Positions 39,885 through 52,469 of a DNA stretch of 64,000 bases are shown in pieces. This stretch comes from Octopus bimaculoides (lineage: Eukaryota): the NCBI RefSeq assembly GCF_001194135.2, contig NC_068993.1:47774812-47838811 (forward strand). The letters run 5' to 3'. Under the pieces are notes generated by a model, which saw nothing but the letters and a program-made list of their open reading frames with translations, was not told the origin of the DNA and did no database searches. The position numbers were made by a program, and so were the translations under genes. The number at the start of each line of letters is the position of its first letter. Positions within the stretch are counted from its first letter, which is position 1.

Positions 39885-40315
39885 TTACTTTCAAATGTTG
39901 GCACAATGCCAGTAATTTTGGAGGAGGGGGTAAGTTAATTATATCGACCCCAGTGTTCAACTGGTACGAGAATGAAAGGCAAAGTAAAGCACGGCGAAAT
40001 TTGAACTCATAACATAACGGCAAACGAAATACCGCTAAGCATTTCGCCCGGCGTGCTAGCAGTCTGTCATCACGCCACCTTGAGATTGACACATATTCTT
40101 TTCTATTCTAGGCACAAGGCCACAAATTTTGGGGGAGGGATTTGTCGATTAGATCGATCCCAGCACGCGACTGGTAATTTTTTTTTTTTTTCGGCCCGAA
40201 AGGATGAAAAGCAAAGTCGACCTCGGCGTAATTTGAACTCAGAACGTGACGGCAAACGAAATACAGCTGAGCATTTTGCCCGGTGTGCTAATGGTCCTGC
40301 CAGCTCACCGCCTTA
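39885..40315 (-). mobile_element. Two tandem main-family SINEs, minus strand
   Basis: 39885-40080 and 40095-40315, each containing GGCACAAGGCC or GGCACAATGCC, TTTGAACTCA and CTAAGCATTT or CTGAGCATTT. Confidence 0.85.
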
Positions 40316-40541
40316 GAGAGTCAAACATATTTATCTACATACACAGATAAACTCACTCCATACGTAGACTCACCAATAATTAGACTCATATCTACATGCA
40401 TTTAGAGTCACTTAATTTTAAGCATCATCGATCAAAACTTTTTTAGTATATAGTATTTAGTCTTGTGTTTAATCATGTATCTATAGTCACTTGACAACCG
40501 TTGACACAGATTTAACACTCATATCCGAACTTCATTAACGT

Positions 40542-40757
40542 CAGTGGAGTCTGAAAAGTTCCTGACTTTAAAAGTATCACGAAAAGCCTAGACATAGGCC
40601 CATCCTTCCGAGTTCTATTTCAGGGCAGAGAAAAACTGGTAAACTACTGCAATAAATGTGTGAATCAGAGAGGCGAACATGTTGAATAAAATCATAATTA
40701 ACTGATCCGCCTCTATTTCCTTTTACATACAACCAAGAACTTTTCAACACTCTCTTG
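40542..40757 (+). mobile_element. Mariner-derived MITE-like element
   Basis: Imperfect TIRs (GAGTCTGAAAAGTTCCTGAC / CCAAGAACTTTTCAACACTC) enclose QGREKLVNYCNKCVNQRGEHVE-stop, which resembles the mariner transposase C-terminus. Confidence 0.7.
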
Positions 40758-41498
40758 CATATATTTGGTTAAAACCATGCCCGTATTTATATATGCATAT
40801 GCAGAATTTAAACGTCAAGCAAGTGATAAGCAAGTTTAGACTCATAATAGCCGATTTATATTATCAAACGTTTCCATAGAGAAGAATGTTCAATATGCAG
40901 TATTTGTGGAAAGGTAAATTACTAATCATCAGACAAAATTGAATGAAAATGTACAGCATACGCCCTATATTAATGAGGGTCTCTAGAACATTCAAATACA
41001 GATGTATTATATACTTCTGTATAGATATGATAGACGGCAACTTTATTTCCAGAATGTTCTCATTGTGGAAATATGTCTTCTAATGATTTTGATTCCATTT
41101 TAATCATAAGTTCCTTGATGGATATCTAGCACTGAGAGTATTTTATATTTTTATTTCTATTATATTTTATTTATTATTTCGTGGTAAATGGAGTATAATT
41201 AAGTCAAGAATCACAACAGCAGAATCTTTGTCCGATAAGGAATTTTTAGTCCAACTATAAATGAGCAAAACTTTGAACTTAGAAGACAGCAGTATTCCGT
41301 TGGGATTGCTTGGGTCATATAAAATATAAGCGTTCTATGGTAGCATTTCGATATGAGTTCTTTCATGTATGACAAGGTCGAATTTTTGAAAGCATGCATT
41401 ATTTGATTGATATGCCTATATATTTATATGTACATTCATGTCTACTTTCCTGCATGGATTTGTATGAACATGTGTATATAGGCGACCCTGGATGTAAT

Positions 41499-41531
<33 letters not shown>

Positions 41532-42324
41532 CATGCACATAGGTATATATATGCAGATATATGCATGTACACATGAATATGAATACATATATACATATAT
41601 ATATACATATATACACATATATNNNNNNNNNNNNNNNNNNNNNNNNNNNNNNNNNNNNNNNNNNNNNNNNNNNNNNNNNNNNNNNNNNNNNNNNNNNNNN
41701 NNNNNNNNNNNNNNNNNNNNNNNNNNNNNNNNNNNNNNNNNNNNNNNNNNNNNNNNNNNNNNNNNNNNNNNNNNNNNNNNNNNNNNNNNNNNNNNNNNNN
41801 NNNNNNNNNNNNNNNNNNNTATGAATATATGTGTATGTTTGTGTCCATGCATTTGTGTCTGTTTGTGTGTGTGTATCTCTGCGTGCATATCTTATACCCG
41901 CGTGGCCTAATTAATCTCCAAAAGTCCTCTCTTCTTTAATCACATCGATATCGTCAGTATGAACCACAAGAAGACCTCTTTACTTTTGCTACACTCCATT
42001 CAAAGAAACCCTTTGAGGGTCTTCACTAACTGACAACAAGCTTTCATTCACAATTGACTAGCATCTTCTCTCATTGATACTTTTATACCTTTAGAGAGCT
42101 GACCAGAATATATATAATTGACCAGCAAAAACGAAACAAGTCAAGTCAGCCCAAATAGCTCTTCATTTTTTCATCTTACACGTTAGTCACTCCACTATAC
42201 AAACCAATGCTACGTCTTTGTGTGTGATGTGTGTGTGTGTGTGTGTATTGCGTGTGTTGGGAGTATGTGTATGTTTAGCGAGTATTGTTTTTAGGTGCGT
42301 GTATGCTACATCTCTCTGTCTCCT

Positions 42325-42386
<62 letters not shown>

Positions 42387-42412
42387 CATCCGTCTATCTA
42401 TCTATAGATAGA

Positions 42413-42448
<36 letters not shown>

Positions 42449-42511
42449 TAGATATAGATATATCTGTCTATCTACGTACTTAATTATGTTTCTCCAACTA
42501 CTTCTCTCTCT

Positions 42512-42569
<58 letters not shown>

Positions 42570-42654
42570 GAGTGTGTGTGTATGTGTGTATGTGTGTGTG
42601 TGTGTGTGTGTGTGTCTGTGTGTGTGTGTATAATTCAAACTATTCGAGTGAACA

Positions 42655-42726
42655 AGAAGGGGTACAGTTGGACATTTATATTTTAATTACTACAATTGTT
42701 TCGATGCAACGTAGTTCTACAAGTGT
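42655..42726 (-). mobile_element. Fragment of a hammerhead-like repeat, homologous to 49561-49640
   Basis: Reverse complement AGAACTACGTTGCATCGAAACAATTGTAGTAATTAAAATATAAATGTCCAACTGTAC aligns with GAGCTACGTTGCGTAGAAACAATTGTAGTGAGTGAAAATAAATGTCCAACCGTAC. Confidence 0.7.
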
Positions 42727-43004
42727 ACAGGTACTTGATTATGCAACTGATTATTTCCAATCATACTCCCTCTCGTTGTCTCCAAAGTTTTCAGTTGCCT
42801 ACTCACGCACAACAGATGCTGAAACGCAGATTGTGCCATAAGTAATGTACGAATTTTGGGTGAATAGAATAAGAGATCTCATTTTGTGTTTTATTAATAT
42901 TTAATCCTGTATATAATTCCTATCGCCATCAATAGCTTCCTTCCATTTACTCATCATTTAAAAAAAAATTCCATTGGTAAAAAAACTATTTTGGTTTTGC
43001 TCAG

Positions 43005-43052
43005 ACAATGGAAGAAAAGTCAATTTTGACCTTTGTGGGCTTAGCTTATACC
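43005..43052 (+). CDS. Candidate 48-nt exon
   Basis: Acceptor ctattttggttttgctcag and donor ACC|gtatgt. Open as TMEEKSILTFVGLAYT (phase 0) or NGRKVNFDLCGLSLY (phase 1). Confidence 0.22.
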
Positions 43053-45831
43053 GTATGTTAATCTGCTTGTCGGTTAATTAAGTATTGTACTGAATCCTTC
43101 ATTCTCAGAACGCATCACTGTAAGACACATTTCCTTCCGCTCCTGTATTATTTTTTATCACTTTATTTTTTTAGTTCAAATACGTAGCATGACCATCACC
43201 TAGATGAATATGTAACGATAACATCTACGTTACACCTATGTAACCTTGACATTCATTCTTATGATAACTAAAGTATATATTTAAATTTTGAAGATTCGTA
43301 TTTTTGTCGTACTGTTTTCATCACATATGGGTAGGATGACACTTGTACTTTCCCCATTTCTTCCATTTTATAATGTGTTTGTGCACAACACAGTGATTAT
43401 AACCTCGTTAATTACAATACATATGTGAAAGTCAATATTAGTATAATTGCGAAAGAATTGATTCACGTTTGGCATTCCGATTTAACATTATCCTCTTGGA
43501 CTTGATTTCATCGTTCAGAGATGCGTGATAGATAAATAAAAGATCGTTCTAGAAATGGATAAGCATTTATGAAAATATACCGGTATCGATTACATGAACT
43601 ATATTCAACTGATAAAATCTGTATCATTTTGCCAATGTACGATATTATTGTCATTAACATTCTCACAACTTATTTTTTTCAAAATGCTACCTATATAATT
43701 TGATATATTAGAAGTGATATTACAGAACTTACTTTAGAATATTTAATCAATATTGACATCGTAGTGAAAATGTTTGCACAATCACCAGTTACAGACTCTG
43801 CTTCATTCATTTTTTTTTAATAGCAAGAAGAATGATGACGGCGATAACAATGCGGATAACTGGTGAAATAACAGCAAAAACTTCATAACAATAACGGCCA
43901 AAATAAAAAAAAGATATATTCAACAAACGTAATACTTAAAACCGTCAAATATTTAAAGAAAACAGTGGCATTAATTTCTTTTGGCTACGCCCCAGGTCAA
44001 TATACTTTTATGAGAGTGAAAAAGATTTACGGTAGCAACACAAGACCCCTGTCCATAACCTCAAAACATTTGAAACCATTAAACGTAAACAATATTTAAC
44101 CTAACTTCTGGCTGAACGAACTGTTTGATGGAGCAGGTAATCGTTTCTGAGTTCGAAGTTACGCTGTGGACTTAATAATCTTGCCTGAAATAGAATATAA
44201 AAGTGTACATAATGAGATTTACCAGTATATTCACTGGACAGTGTATAATAAGATAAACATGGAAAGCAGTCTTAATTAGAGCAATTTACATTTCAATTTC
44301 AATAACCAGTGCAAAGCATCGTACAAGAAACTCTAAAAGCAGCACAGCAGTACTAAATTAAACGTTGTAACTATAAAAATACAAATAAGTCTTTGCAGTT
44401 AAAGATAAAGCAGCAGAAATATATGGTTCTACATCACCAAACTGAAATCTTCGATTAAGAAAAATAATATACATAAGAAGGTGTGCAAACACCAGTATTT
44501 GCCATTGAAACTATTCATATGAAGGACATTTATTGCAATTTATTATAACAGTTGATATAAACAGCGTCACTCGACTATAAATTATTCAACATAAAAACTC
44601 AGTCCAACAGATACACATGAAACCTGGCACATACGGACGATAGCTTTATTCAATCTATTATGATGCATTTTGATGTTATAGATATTACTCGCAGTACAAA
44701 TTACTTGAAATACTTTGAGAATATAATGACCTGTCAGGGTTTAATGACAAACGAATGGTAAATACGATAAGAGAGACAAGAACAGCAACAGCAGTGTCAC
44801 CATAAATATTTATTGCTTCTAAAAAGACACAAGGCTCAATTTATTTCGAAACTAAATATCATTTCTGCGATATTGAGTTTCCACAAGTTCTACCCATATT
44901 ATATGATACTTATCCCAAAGTCTAAGTTATTTTTAAGTTTCAGAAAACTACTTTAGCCTCAGTCTTCTGAATATATTTCATAAATGTAAGATCGGGATTA
45001 ACTGCTTGTATATAAACAAGGCGCTGTTGCTGTCTTAAACATGAAATTCATAGATAAAATCCCCAAATGAGGAAGTTCGGCTAATTATCCATTGTGCACT
45101 ATTAAACACAGTACTAACGTTAGTCCACACTGACCTCTTTAGTCGCTACATATTCTACAATACAAGCTTGTTCTCTAAAATAAGCCGTCTAGCTGCCAAC
45201 CTCCATCAGCTTAACTGATTACCAATATAATATCTATCAGTTGCGTATGTTGTTGAGCAATATGTCAGCATTCATTGAAAAACCTTGCGACTAACGTTAT
45301 TCCGGCGGTGATCATCTCAAAAGCATTACATCTAAAATTGATTTCTTTTACCTCTTAAACTGGAAGACTGTGATACAAGAGCTTAAAACTCATCACCTGC
45401 TTTGCTTTGTTTTTCCTTTTATCTTTGTTTCTGTGTCACATTTAACATTATATTTTGATTGAAATACTTCATCATTCTACTTTCATTCTACATTCATAAT
45501 TTCTATCCGAGTGAACATGTGTATTCGGTGCTTCTATGCGTACGCCTGTGTGCGTATATGCATATGAGTTTCTGCAATGATGGAGTTCAGAGATCTTCGC
45601 TTTCTTGGTTTCGCCCTTTTCTTTGCGCTTCATTTTATTTTTTTGCATGTCTTCTCGTTTCCCTTCGAATTTTTTTAATTTCTCACTGCCCAGAATCTTA
45701 GTTTTTAAAGTATATCTAACACATAAACTCAGTCTGCAAGATTGCTTGCATATACATGGCGTATTTCAGAAATATGCCTATATAATAGAAGCACGAAACT
45801 CTTAGTAGCTCCTTCTGTATGTATGTTAAAT

Positions 45832-45879
<48 letters not shown>

Positions 45880-46469
45880 GTATTATATATATATATGTAT
45901 ATATATATATGACCACAGTTCAGCTGCATGGCTGAAACTTTACATTTACATAATTACTTTTTCTAATCATAGTACAGTGAAATTAATAAGTTCTTTTTTT
46001 TTCTTATGTTATGTTTCGGTTATTTGTTTAGTGTCCATAATTGCACTTTACAGCGCGTTACGATGTTATTATTAATGGCATCTTCTGGGCATATTTAACT
46101 GCTTTTTTTTTTCTCGTTTCTCTCGAATGGAGAATTTTTCCAACTGAATGATGAGACTTTAGTTTCTTTTTTCAACTGCGTGTTGAATGCTGTTCTAAAA
46201 ATAGTTCAAAAACTGTCTTTTTGATCCTACTAGTCAAGGGAGGAATTTATTCCCGAAATCTAGTTTTTGGTTTATTTGATATACACATTAATTTTGGTTT
46301 TTTCCATTGTGGCCAAGGTTTTCAATTCAGTTACTACCAATTCTGTGAAGTTCGTGTATCAGGTCCTTACAGTGTCTTTATTATTGATATTTTAATATAT
46401 TAATATTGTATGTGCTTGATTGTATTTGTTCTTATGCTAAACGAAGGAAACGGTATCTAACATGTTACT

Positions 46470-46870
46470 ATGAAGGAAAAAATAAGGAAAGAGAATTACA
46501 GGAGTGTAAGACTCATATTAAAAAACTGAACTCGAAAACATTAACACCCTGGCAATTCCAATAGTCCTAAACATTTTAAACATCATTAACTGGAATTTTA
46601 CAGAGTTCCAACGCCTGGACAGCAACACAACGAAACAGCTAATATCAAAGAACATGCATCACCCAAAAGCAGACGTTGATCGTCAATACCTATCTAGAAG
46701 TGATGGGGAAGAAGAGTCAGGCAGGTAGAAATCTACTATAAGAGCTCCGCTGTGGCTTGTGTGCAAATACGAAAGCAGCAAAAGATCACATCCTATTGTT
46801 AAGGAATGTTTCAGATTCTTAAGGGAACTCTACATTCACCTTGAATTAGACGAAGAACATGAAACCACTA
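46470..46870 (+). mobile_element. R4/Dong-type LINE remnant, post-RT region
   Basis: MKEKIRKENYRSVRLILK ... NINTLAIPIVLNILNIINWNFTEFQRLDSNTTKQLISKNMHHPKADVDRQYLSRSDG matches the INT.AIP ... INW ... HHPKADVDRLY.PR..GG motif. Confidence 0.8.
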
Positions 46871-46948
46871 TTATTATTATTATTATTATTATTCAGTAGT
46901 TTTATTTTTATAACGTGCTTTCACNNNNNNNNNNTTTATTGTTATCAT

Positions 46949-47002
<54 letters not shown>

Positions 47003-48170
47003 CATTATTATTATTATCAATCTTCATCATCCACATGATCTCCATCATCGTCGTCGTCATCGTAATCATCGCCGTCATAGTGATAGCTGCTGTTGTATTA
47101 ATTTATTCACTGGTGTGAAAGTAGCACTAATAACATTAATAGTTAATGTTTTGGGTGTGTAGCAATTGCGGTAAAACTTTTAGCAACACCCAGTGAACCA
47201 CGCAAAATGTGTTTCGAAACAACGATTTATTTAGAGTCAATACATAATACAGAATATGATTTGTTCACTGTATTCATACATTTCTATTCTACTACACTAA
47301 TTATTATATTTCATTTATTTTAAGCAGGAAATAGATTTCTTTCAAACATTATATTATATTTTTTCTCTTCAATTTTTGTCGTACGTTTTTCTTTGGGGGA
47401 TTAATTAGTGAATAAGAAAAAAAAAATTACACTATTCCCCTTTCTCTTCCTGTTCTTCTTTTATAATGGAGCGAATTAAAAATATGCACATACACACGCA
47501 CACATACAGACACATACACATACACGCATACACTTACACACACACGTAGATACATATATACACATATAGATATTGAAAGAAAGAGGGGGTACTGTTGACA
47601 CATATTTATCTGAATATATATATAAATATATATATATATATANNNNNNNNNNNNNNNNNNNNNNNNNNNNNNNNNNNNNNNNNNNNNNNNNNNNNNNNNN
47701 NNNNNNNNNNNNNNNNNNNNNNNNNNNNNNNNNNNNNNNNNNNNNNNNNNNNNNNNNNNNNNNNNNNNNNNNNNNNNNNNNNNNNNNNNNNNNNNNNNNN
47801 NNNNNNNNNNNNNNNNNNNNNNNNNNNNNNNNNNNNNNNNNNNNNNNNNNNNNNNNNNNNNNNNNNNNNNNNNNNNNNNNNNNNNNNNNNNNNNNNNNNN
47901 NNNNNNNNNNNNNNNNNNNNNNNNNNNNNNNNNNNNNNNNNNNNNNNNNNNNNNACGTAGTTATGCAGGGTCGTGCAAAAGTAGATATACAGTTATTAAT
48001 GAAGAAAACACGTACAATGCTTATGTATCTTTTATCAAAAATTAGACGTTTCGATAAAATTACTATAAAAGTTATGATAAATGGATTATTAGGATTAATA
48101 ACGCTGAAAATATCAACAATGCGGCTAACTAATTTAATGTGCTAATAATTTTAATGAATTAAGTATTATA

Positions 48171-48365
48171 ACATTGGCCATATAACTCCCCACACTGCAA
48201 CCCCCTAGCCTATAATTTGTGCGGCGCAGTTGAGCGAGCGATCAACAAAACTCATTTTAAAACCAATGATGAGCTGAAGACACGAATTGTGGCTGCATTC
48301 ATCACCTTAAGAAGACCGTCTAGAAGAGTTGCAGGAGATTCCGAAGACGTCTGAAGGCCATATTC
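48171..48365 (+). mobile_element. Tc1/mariner transposase C-terminal remnant
   Basis: HWPYNSPHCNPLAYNLCGAVERAINKTHFKTNDELKTRIVAAF ... CRRFRRRLKAI matches WP.NSPD.NPLDY..WG.VE ... CRRFR.RLEA. Confidence 0.8.
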
Positions 48366-48398
48366 ACTTAATTTTAAATGCTTACAATTTTATTGCCG

Positions 48399-48770
48399 TT
48401 AATGTATTCTCCATTTCAAGAAATGCATTGTTCCATACGCGTTTTCCACCGTTCGAAGCAATGCTAGAGCTCTTGCAAAGCAATGTCTTTTAACGTTTCC
48501 GACGTTTTTTTCTTTTCCTCTTCCACATCTGCAAATTCTGTAGTACCGGCTTTCGTCACTAGTGATGAATTTTCTAAAAACATCCGGATCAATTTCCCTC
48601 TGTGAAATAGAATGGTCAATAACAAAAAAATGCACGCCGATATAATATATTATCCGGCGTATGTGACTTGTGCCCTGAGGAAGCCTTTGGTATTCTATTA
48701 AGTAACGAATTCTTGATAAACAAGCCAGGTGAGAAAATTCCAAGATGTTGCCACCACGCCAACTTTGCAT
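48399..48770 (-). mobile_element. Possible mariner transposase remnant
   Basis: DPDVFRKFITSDESRYY resembles the mariner DPDFL.RIITGDETW motif; the rest is degenerate. Confidence 0.45.
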
Positions 48771-49043
48771 TTTCCAGATGCAATGCAGTAGAATAATAAT
48801 AATGATTTAGTTAACTCTCTCCCTCTCCCTTTTCCCTATACAAGTGTGTGTGTCTGGTTGTATTTCTATAAGTACGTATGCATTCCTGTCCGTGTGTTTA
48901 GCATGTATGGATGCATGTATATGCGTATTATATATATGCATATACATATACAAACACGAGCACCTGTGTATGTATATGCGCGCGTATGTATGTATGTACA
49001 TATATTTGTATATGTCTATATGTGTGAGTGCGTATACATATAC

Positions 49044-49102
<59 letters not shown>

Positions 49103-49199
49103 TGTATGCATGTATGTACTCGTGTGGGTGTGGGTGTTTCTGTGTATATGTGTCTGACCATATGGATGTATATGTAAACGACCATGTACGCGTACGTAC

Positions 49200-49650
49200 G
49201 GGCCGACTCTTAATGGTCAGCTAAGGACAATCGCTAAGGACAATCGCATGTGTAACCAACCATGAAGAACATATCAACAGTACAAGGAAAGAAATACCAA
49301 TCCCTTTAAAACGGCAACCACTTTAACAGTAGTAGAATCTCCCTCCCACTACATCTACACATTTAAAGCAGTTTGCCAACGGTTCTTCAGCAACCGCACA
49401 GCTTGATAAACTCAGTGGCTGCTACTAAGCTCAAGCAGCGACAGAGAGGATGCTCCTGAAGTCGAGAATTTGAACTTACGGAGACAATACTTACATACCA
49501 CCTGAGGAAACACAACTACATATCATAATGCAGGGAGACGTTTGCATAACTAAGTACCGACACCCCTGGAGAGCTACGTTGCGTAGAAACAATTGTAGTG
49601 AGTGAAAATAAATGTCCAACCGTACTCCTTGTTTACTCCAATTTTTTTTT
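49200..49650 (+). mobile_element. Probable Penelope-like 3' remnant ending in a hammerhead-like motif
   Basis: HEEHINSTRKE / HFNSSR fragments loosely resemble a GIY-YIG C-terminus. They are followed by CCCTGGAGA GCTACGTTGCGTA GAAAC AATT GTA at 49561-49600. Confidence 0.5.
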
Positions 49651-50064
49651 CAGTTATCTATTCACACACAACAGATGCCCAAACCCAAACCAGCAAGGAC
49701 GTATAATACAACTATTGGATGCTACAGGGTGAAATCTGAAGGTAGACGTGCTTTATACGTTCAACTATGTTCTACTACTCTGTGTGCGTGTGTGCATGTG
49801 TGTGTGTGTGTGTGTGTGTTTGCGTGTGCGTATGTGTGCGTTTGTGTGCGTGTGTGTAAGTGTGGGGGTGTATGTGATGTGCGTGTTGCTAGTAAGAAAA
49901 GCATTCATAGCAACAAGTTTGGTTCATGTCCGTTAATTTTACCATCATCAATTCACAGCATGGTTCCATTACTTTGGTTTTATTATCTTTTATCTTTTTT
50001 TTTTCAATATATTAGATTCTAACTATTAATGGTGAGATACCATGGATATATTTTCCCAGTAAAC

Positions 50065-50115
50065 TTTCCTCGCGGTGAACTTTCGCCACGGTGAACTTTC
50101 TTCACGGTGAATTGA
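50065..50115. repeat. Tandem ~15-bp repeat (CGGTGAACTTTC core)
   Basis: AACTTTCCTCGCGGTGAACTTTCGCCACGGTGAACTTTCTTCACGGTGAA. Confidence 0.75.
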
Positions 50116-50647
50116 TGGCTATAATGTCTCCTGCAATGAATTCATGGCGTTGAACATATCTGTAATCAGTTTCTATAAATATTTCGATCTTTATTTTTCA
50201 TTCTAATCCTTAATCTAACCTCGTACCATTTATCGACCGGCTCTATTTAATGATTACACCAAGTGAGTGAAGAGATATGCATGTAAAAGAGAAAAAAAAA
50301 ACAATAATGTAGTTGAGCGTAAATATAATGATTAGTTAAAGAAACTGTGTCAGATTCCACGGTGATTAATTCAGGTGTTCCTTAACATGATATAGAAAGA
50401 ATGAAGTGCTGTATGACTAAGATACGTGTGTACCTAAAGCAATCTGTCGGCAGAATTGTCATTGCACAATGACTATGGTGGCTGTAGTTTTAGCTAGCTT
50501 CTGTAAGACAGGCTTCGGTATAAATTCTTTCTAACAAATAATTGTTATATGACGTGATTCGATTCGCAGTTAGATTAAATATGTTATGGGTACACACTCA
50601 TATACGTTCAAACTTACATATGTGGTTATATATATATATATATATAT

Positions 50648-50883
50648 ATCATAAATATAAGGGATTAGCAATTGAGTTGCTTCTCCAACATACTGAAAAT
50701 TCAGAAATAGCAGTCAAAGAACTACTGATTGTAAGCTACAAATTTTTCTCCAAAACGGATGGCGATATTTATCCGTTTTGGAGAAAAAATTGTAGGTTAG
50801 AATCAGTAGTTCTTTGACTGCTATTTCTGAATTTTCAGTATGTTGGAGAAGCAACTCAATTGCTAATCCCTTATATTTATGAT
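50648..50883. repeat. Near-perfect inverted repeat, 113-bp arms, 10-nt spacer
   Basis: Arms 50648-50760 and 50771-50883 with spacer GGCGATATTT; 3 mismatches by manual alignment, clustered within about 11 bp. Confidence 0.95.
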
Positions 50884-51444
50884 GATAAATGGTCNNNNNN
50901 NNNNNNNNNNNNNNNNNNNNNNNNNNNNNNNNNNNNNNNNNNNNNNNNNNNNNNNNNNNNNNNNNNNNNNNNNNNNNNNNNNNNNNNNNNNNNNNNNNNN
51001 NNNNNNNNNNNNNNNNNNNNNNNNNNNNNNNNNNNNNNNNNNNNNNNNNNNNNNNNNNNNNNNNNNNNNNNNNNNNNNNNNNNNNNNNNNNNNNNNNNNN
51101 NNNNNNNNNNNNNNNNNNNNNNNNNNNNNNNNNNNNNNNNNNNNNNNNNNNNNNNNNNNNNNNNNNNNNNNNNNNNNNNNNNNNNNNNNNNNNNNNNNNN
51201 NNNNNNNNNNNNNNNNNNNNNNNNNNNNNNNNNNNNNNNNNNNNNNNNNNNNNNNNNNNNNNNNNNNNNNNNNNNNNNNNNNNNNNNNNNNNNNNNNNNN
51301 NNNNNNNNNNNNNNNNNNNNNNNNNNNNNNNNNNNNNNNNNNNNNNNNNNNNNNNNNNNNNNNNNNNNNNNNNNNNNNNNNNNNNNNNNNNGGAGAAAAA
51401 AAATTGAATAGTGTTCAGTCAACGGTCAATCATAATAATGGCCG

Positions 51445-51480
<36 letters not shown>

Positions 51481-52469
51481 AGAGTATTGTAGTTCGCTTG
51501 AATCATTGTATATTGTTTGTAAAGTATAACGTGTCTTGAATGGCGCAACAATGTAGAGTGGACTAACTGTTATAATTTGATTTTCCTTAGTCTGATATAA
51601 TAGCAATATTTCGGAATGCAAAAATTCGGTTTTCCAACGGTTACTGCAGTGGACCCACGACGCTCTTTCCGGAATTCCTCATGAGAAGTGCGTGGGGGCG
51701 GCCATTTCTCAAGCTCATATTGATTGTGTAGATAGAAGTGAAAACATTTCTATTGCCGCTCGGTATTCATACTAGCCCCAAGGTAAAGTCTTGTTTTGAT
51801 TTCTATCTATAGGAATATTTCCCCTGACGAGGCGAAAACGTCCCTTAAGTGGTCCCTAATGCCAAAATTGCAATAGGGAATTAACCAATTATTTTCAAAT
51901 TGTGGATTCTATTTACCACATCGCCCGAAGACAATTTTTATCGTGAAGAGAAATAATATCACTGATATAATGGTGTTATAGCGGTTTTGGCTGCTATTTT
52001 TAACATGCGAGGTTTTTTTTACCCTCTTAGTTATAATAGTGACTTGATCATAATTATAAACGTTTTTTCTTCTTTATATTTTATGATAACATGTTTGGTC
52101 ATTGATATGTTCATAAATAATCTTAATTATTTATAACATATCTTTCCTAATGTTACATTACTCTCTACTGATATATATATGTATGNNNNNNNNNNNNNNN
52201 NNNNNNNNNNNNNNNNNNNNNNNNNNNNNNNNNNNNNNNNNNNNNNNNNNNNNNNNNNNNNNNNNNNNNNNNNNNNNNNNNNNNNNNNNNNNNNNNNNNN
52301 NNNNNNNNNNNNNNNNNNNNNNNNNNNNNNNNNNNNNNNNNNNNNNNNNNNNNNNNNNNNNNNNNNNNNNNNNNNNNNNNNNNNNNNNNNNNNNNNNNNN
52401 NNNNNNNNNNNNNNNNNNNNNNNNNNNNNNNNNNNNNNNNNNNNNNNNNNNNNNNNNNNAATTCTTTTT

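Noticed and set aside
44103-44184. Minus-strand exon-like segment ARLLSPQRNFELRNDYLLHQT with a strong acceptor, sharing NFELR with about 41270
   Set aside because: Both are the reverse complement of the SINE B-box region (GTTCTGAGTTCAAA), so the shared peptide is repeat-derived.
51812-51835. CTGACGAGGCGAAAACGTC hammerhead-like core
   Set aside because: No stem II and no complementary stem I.
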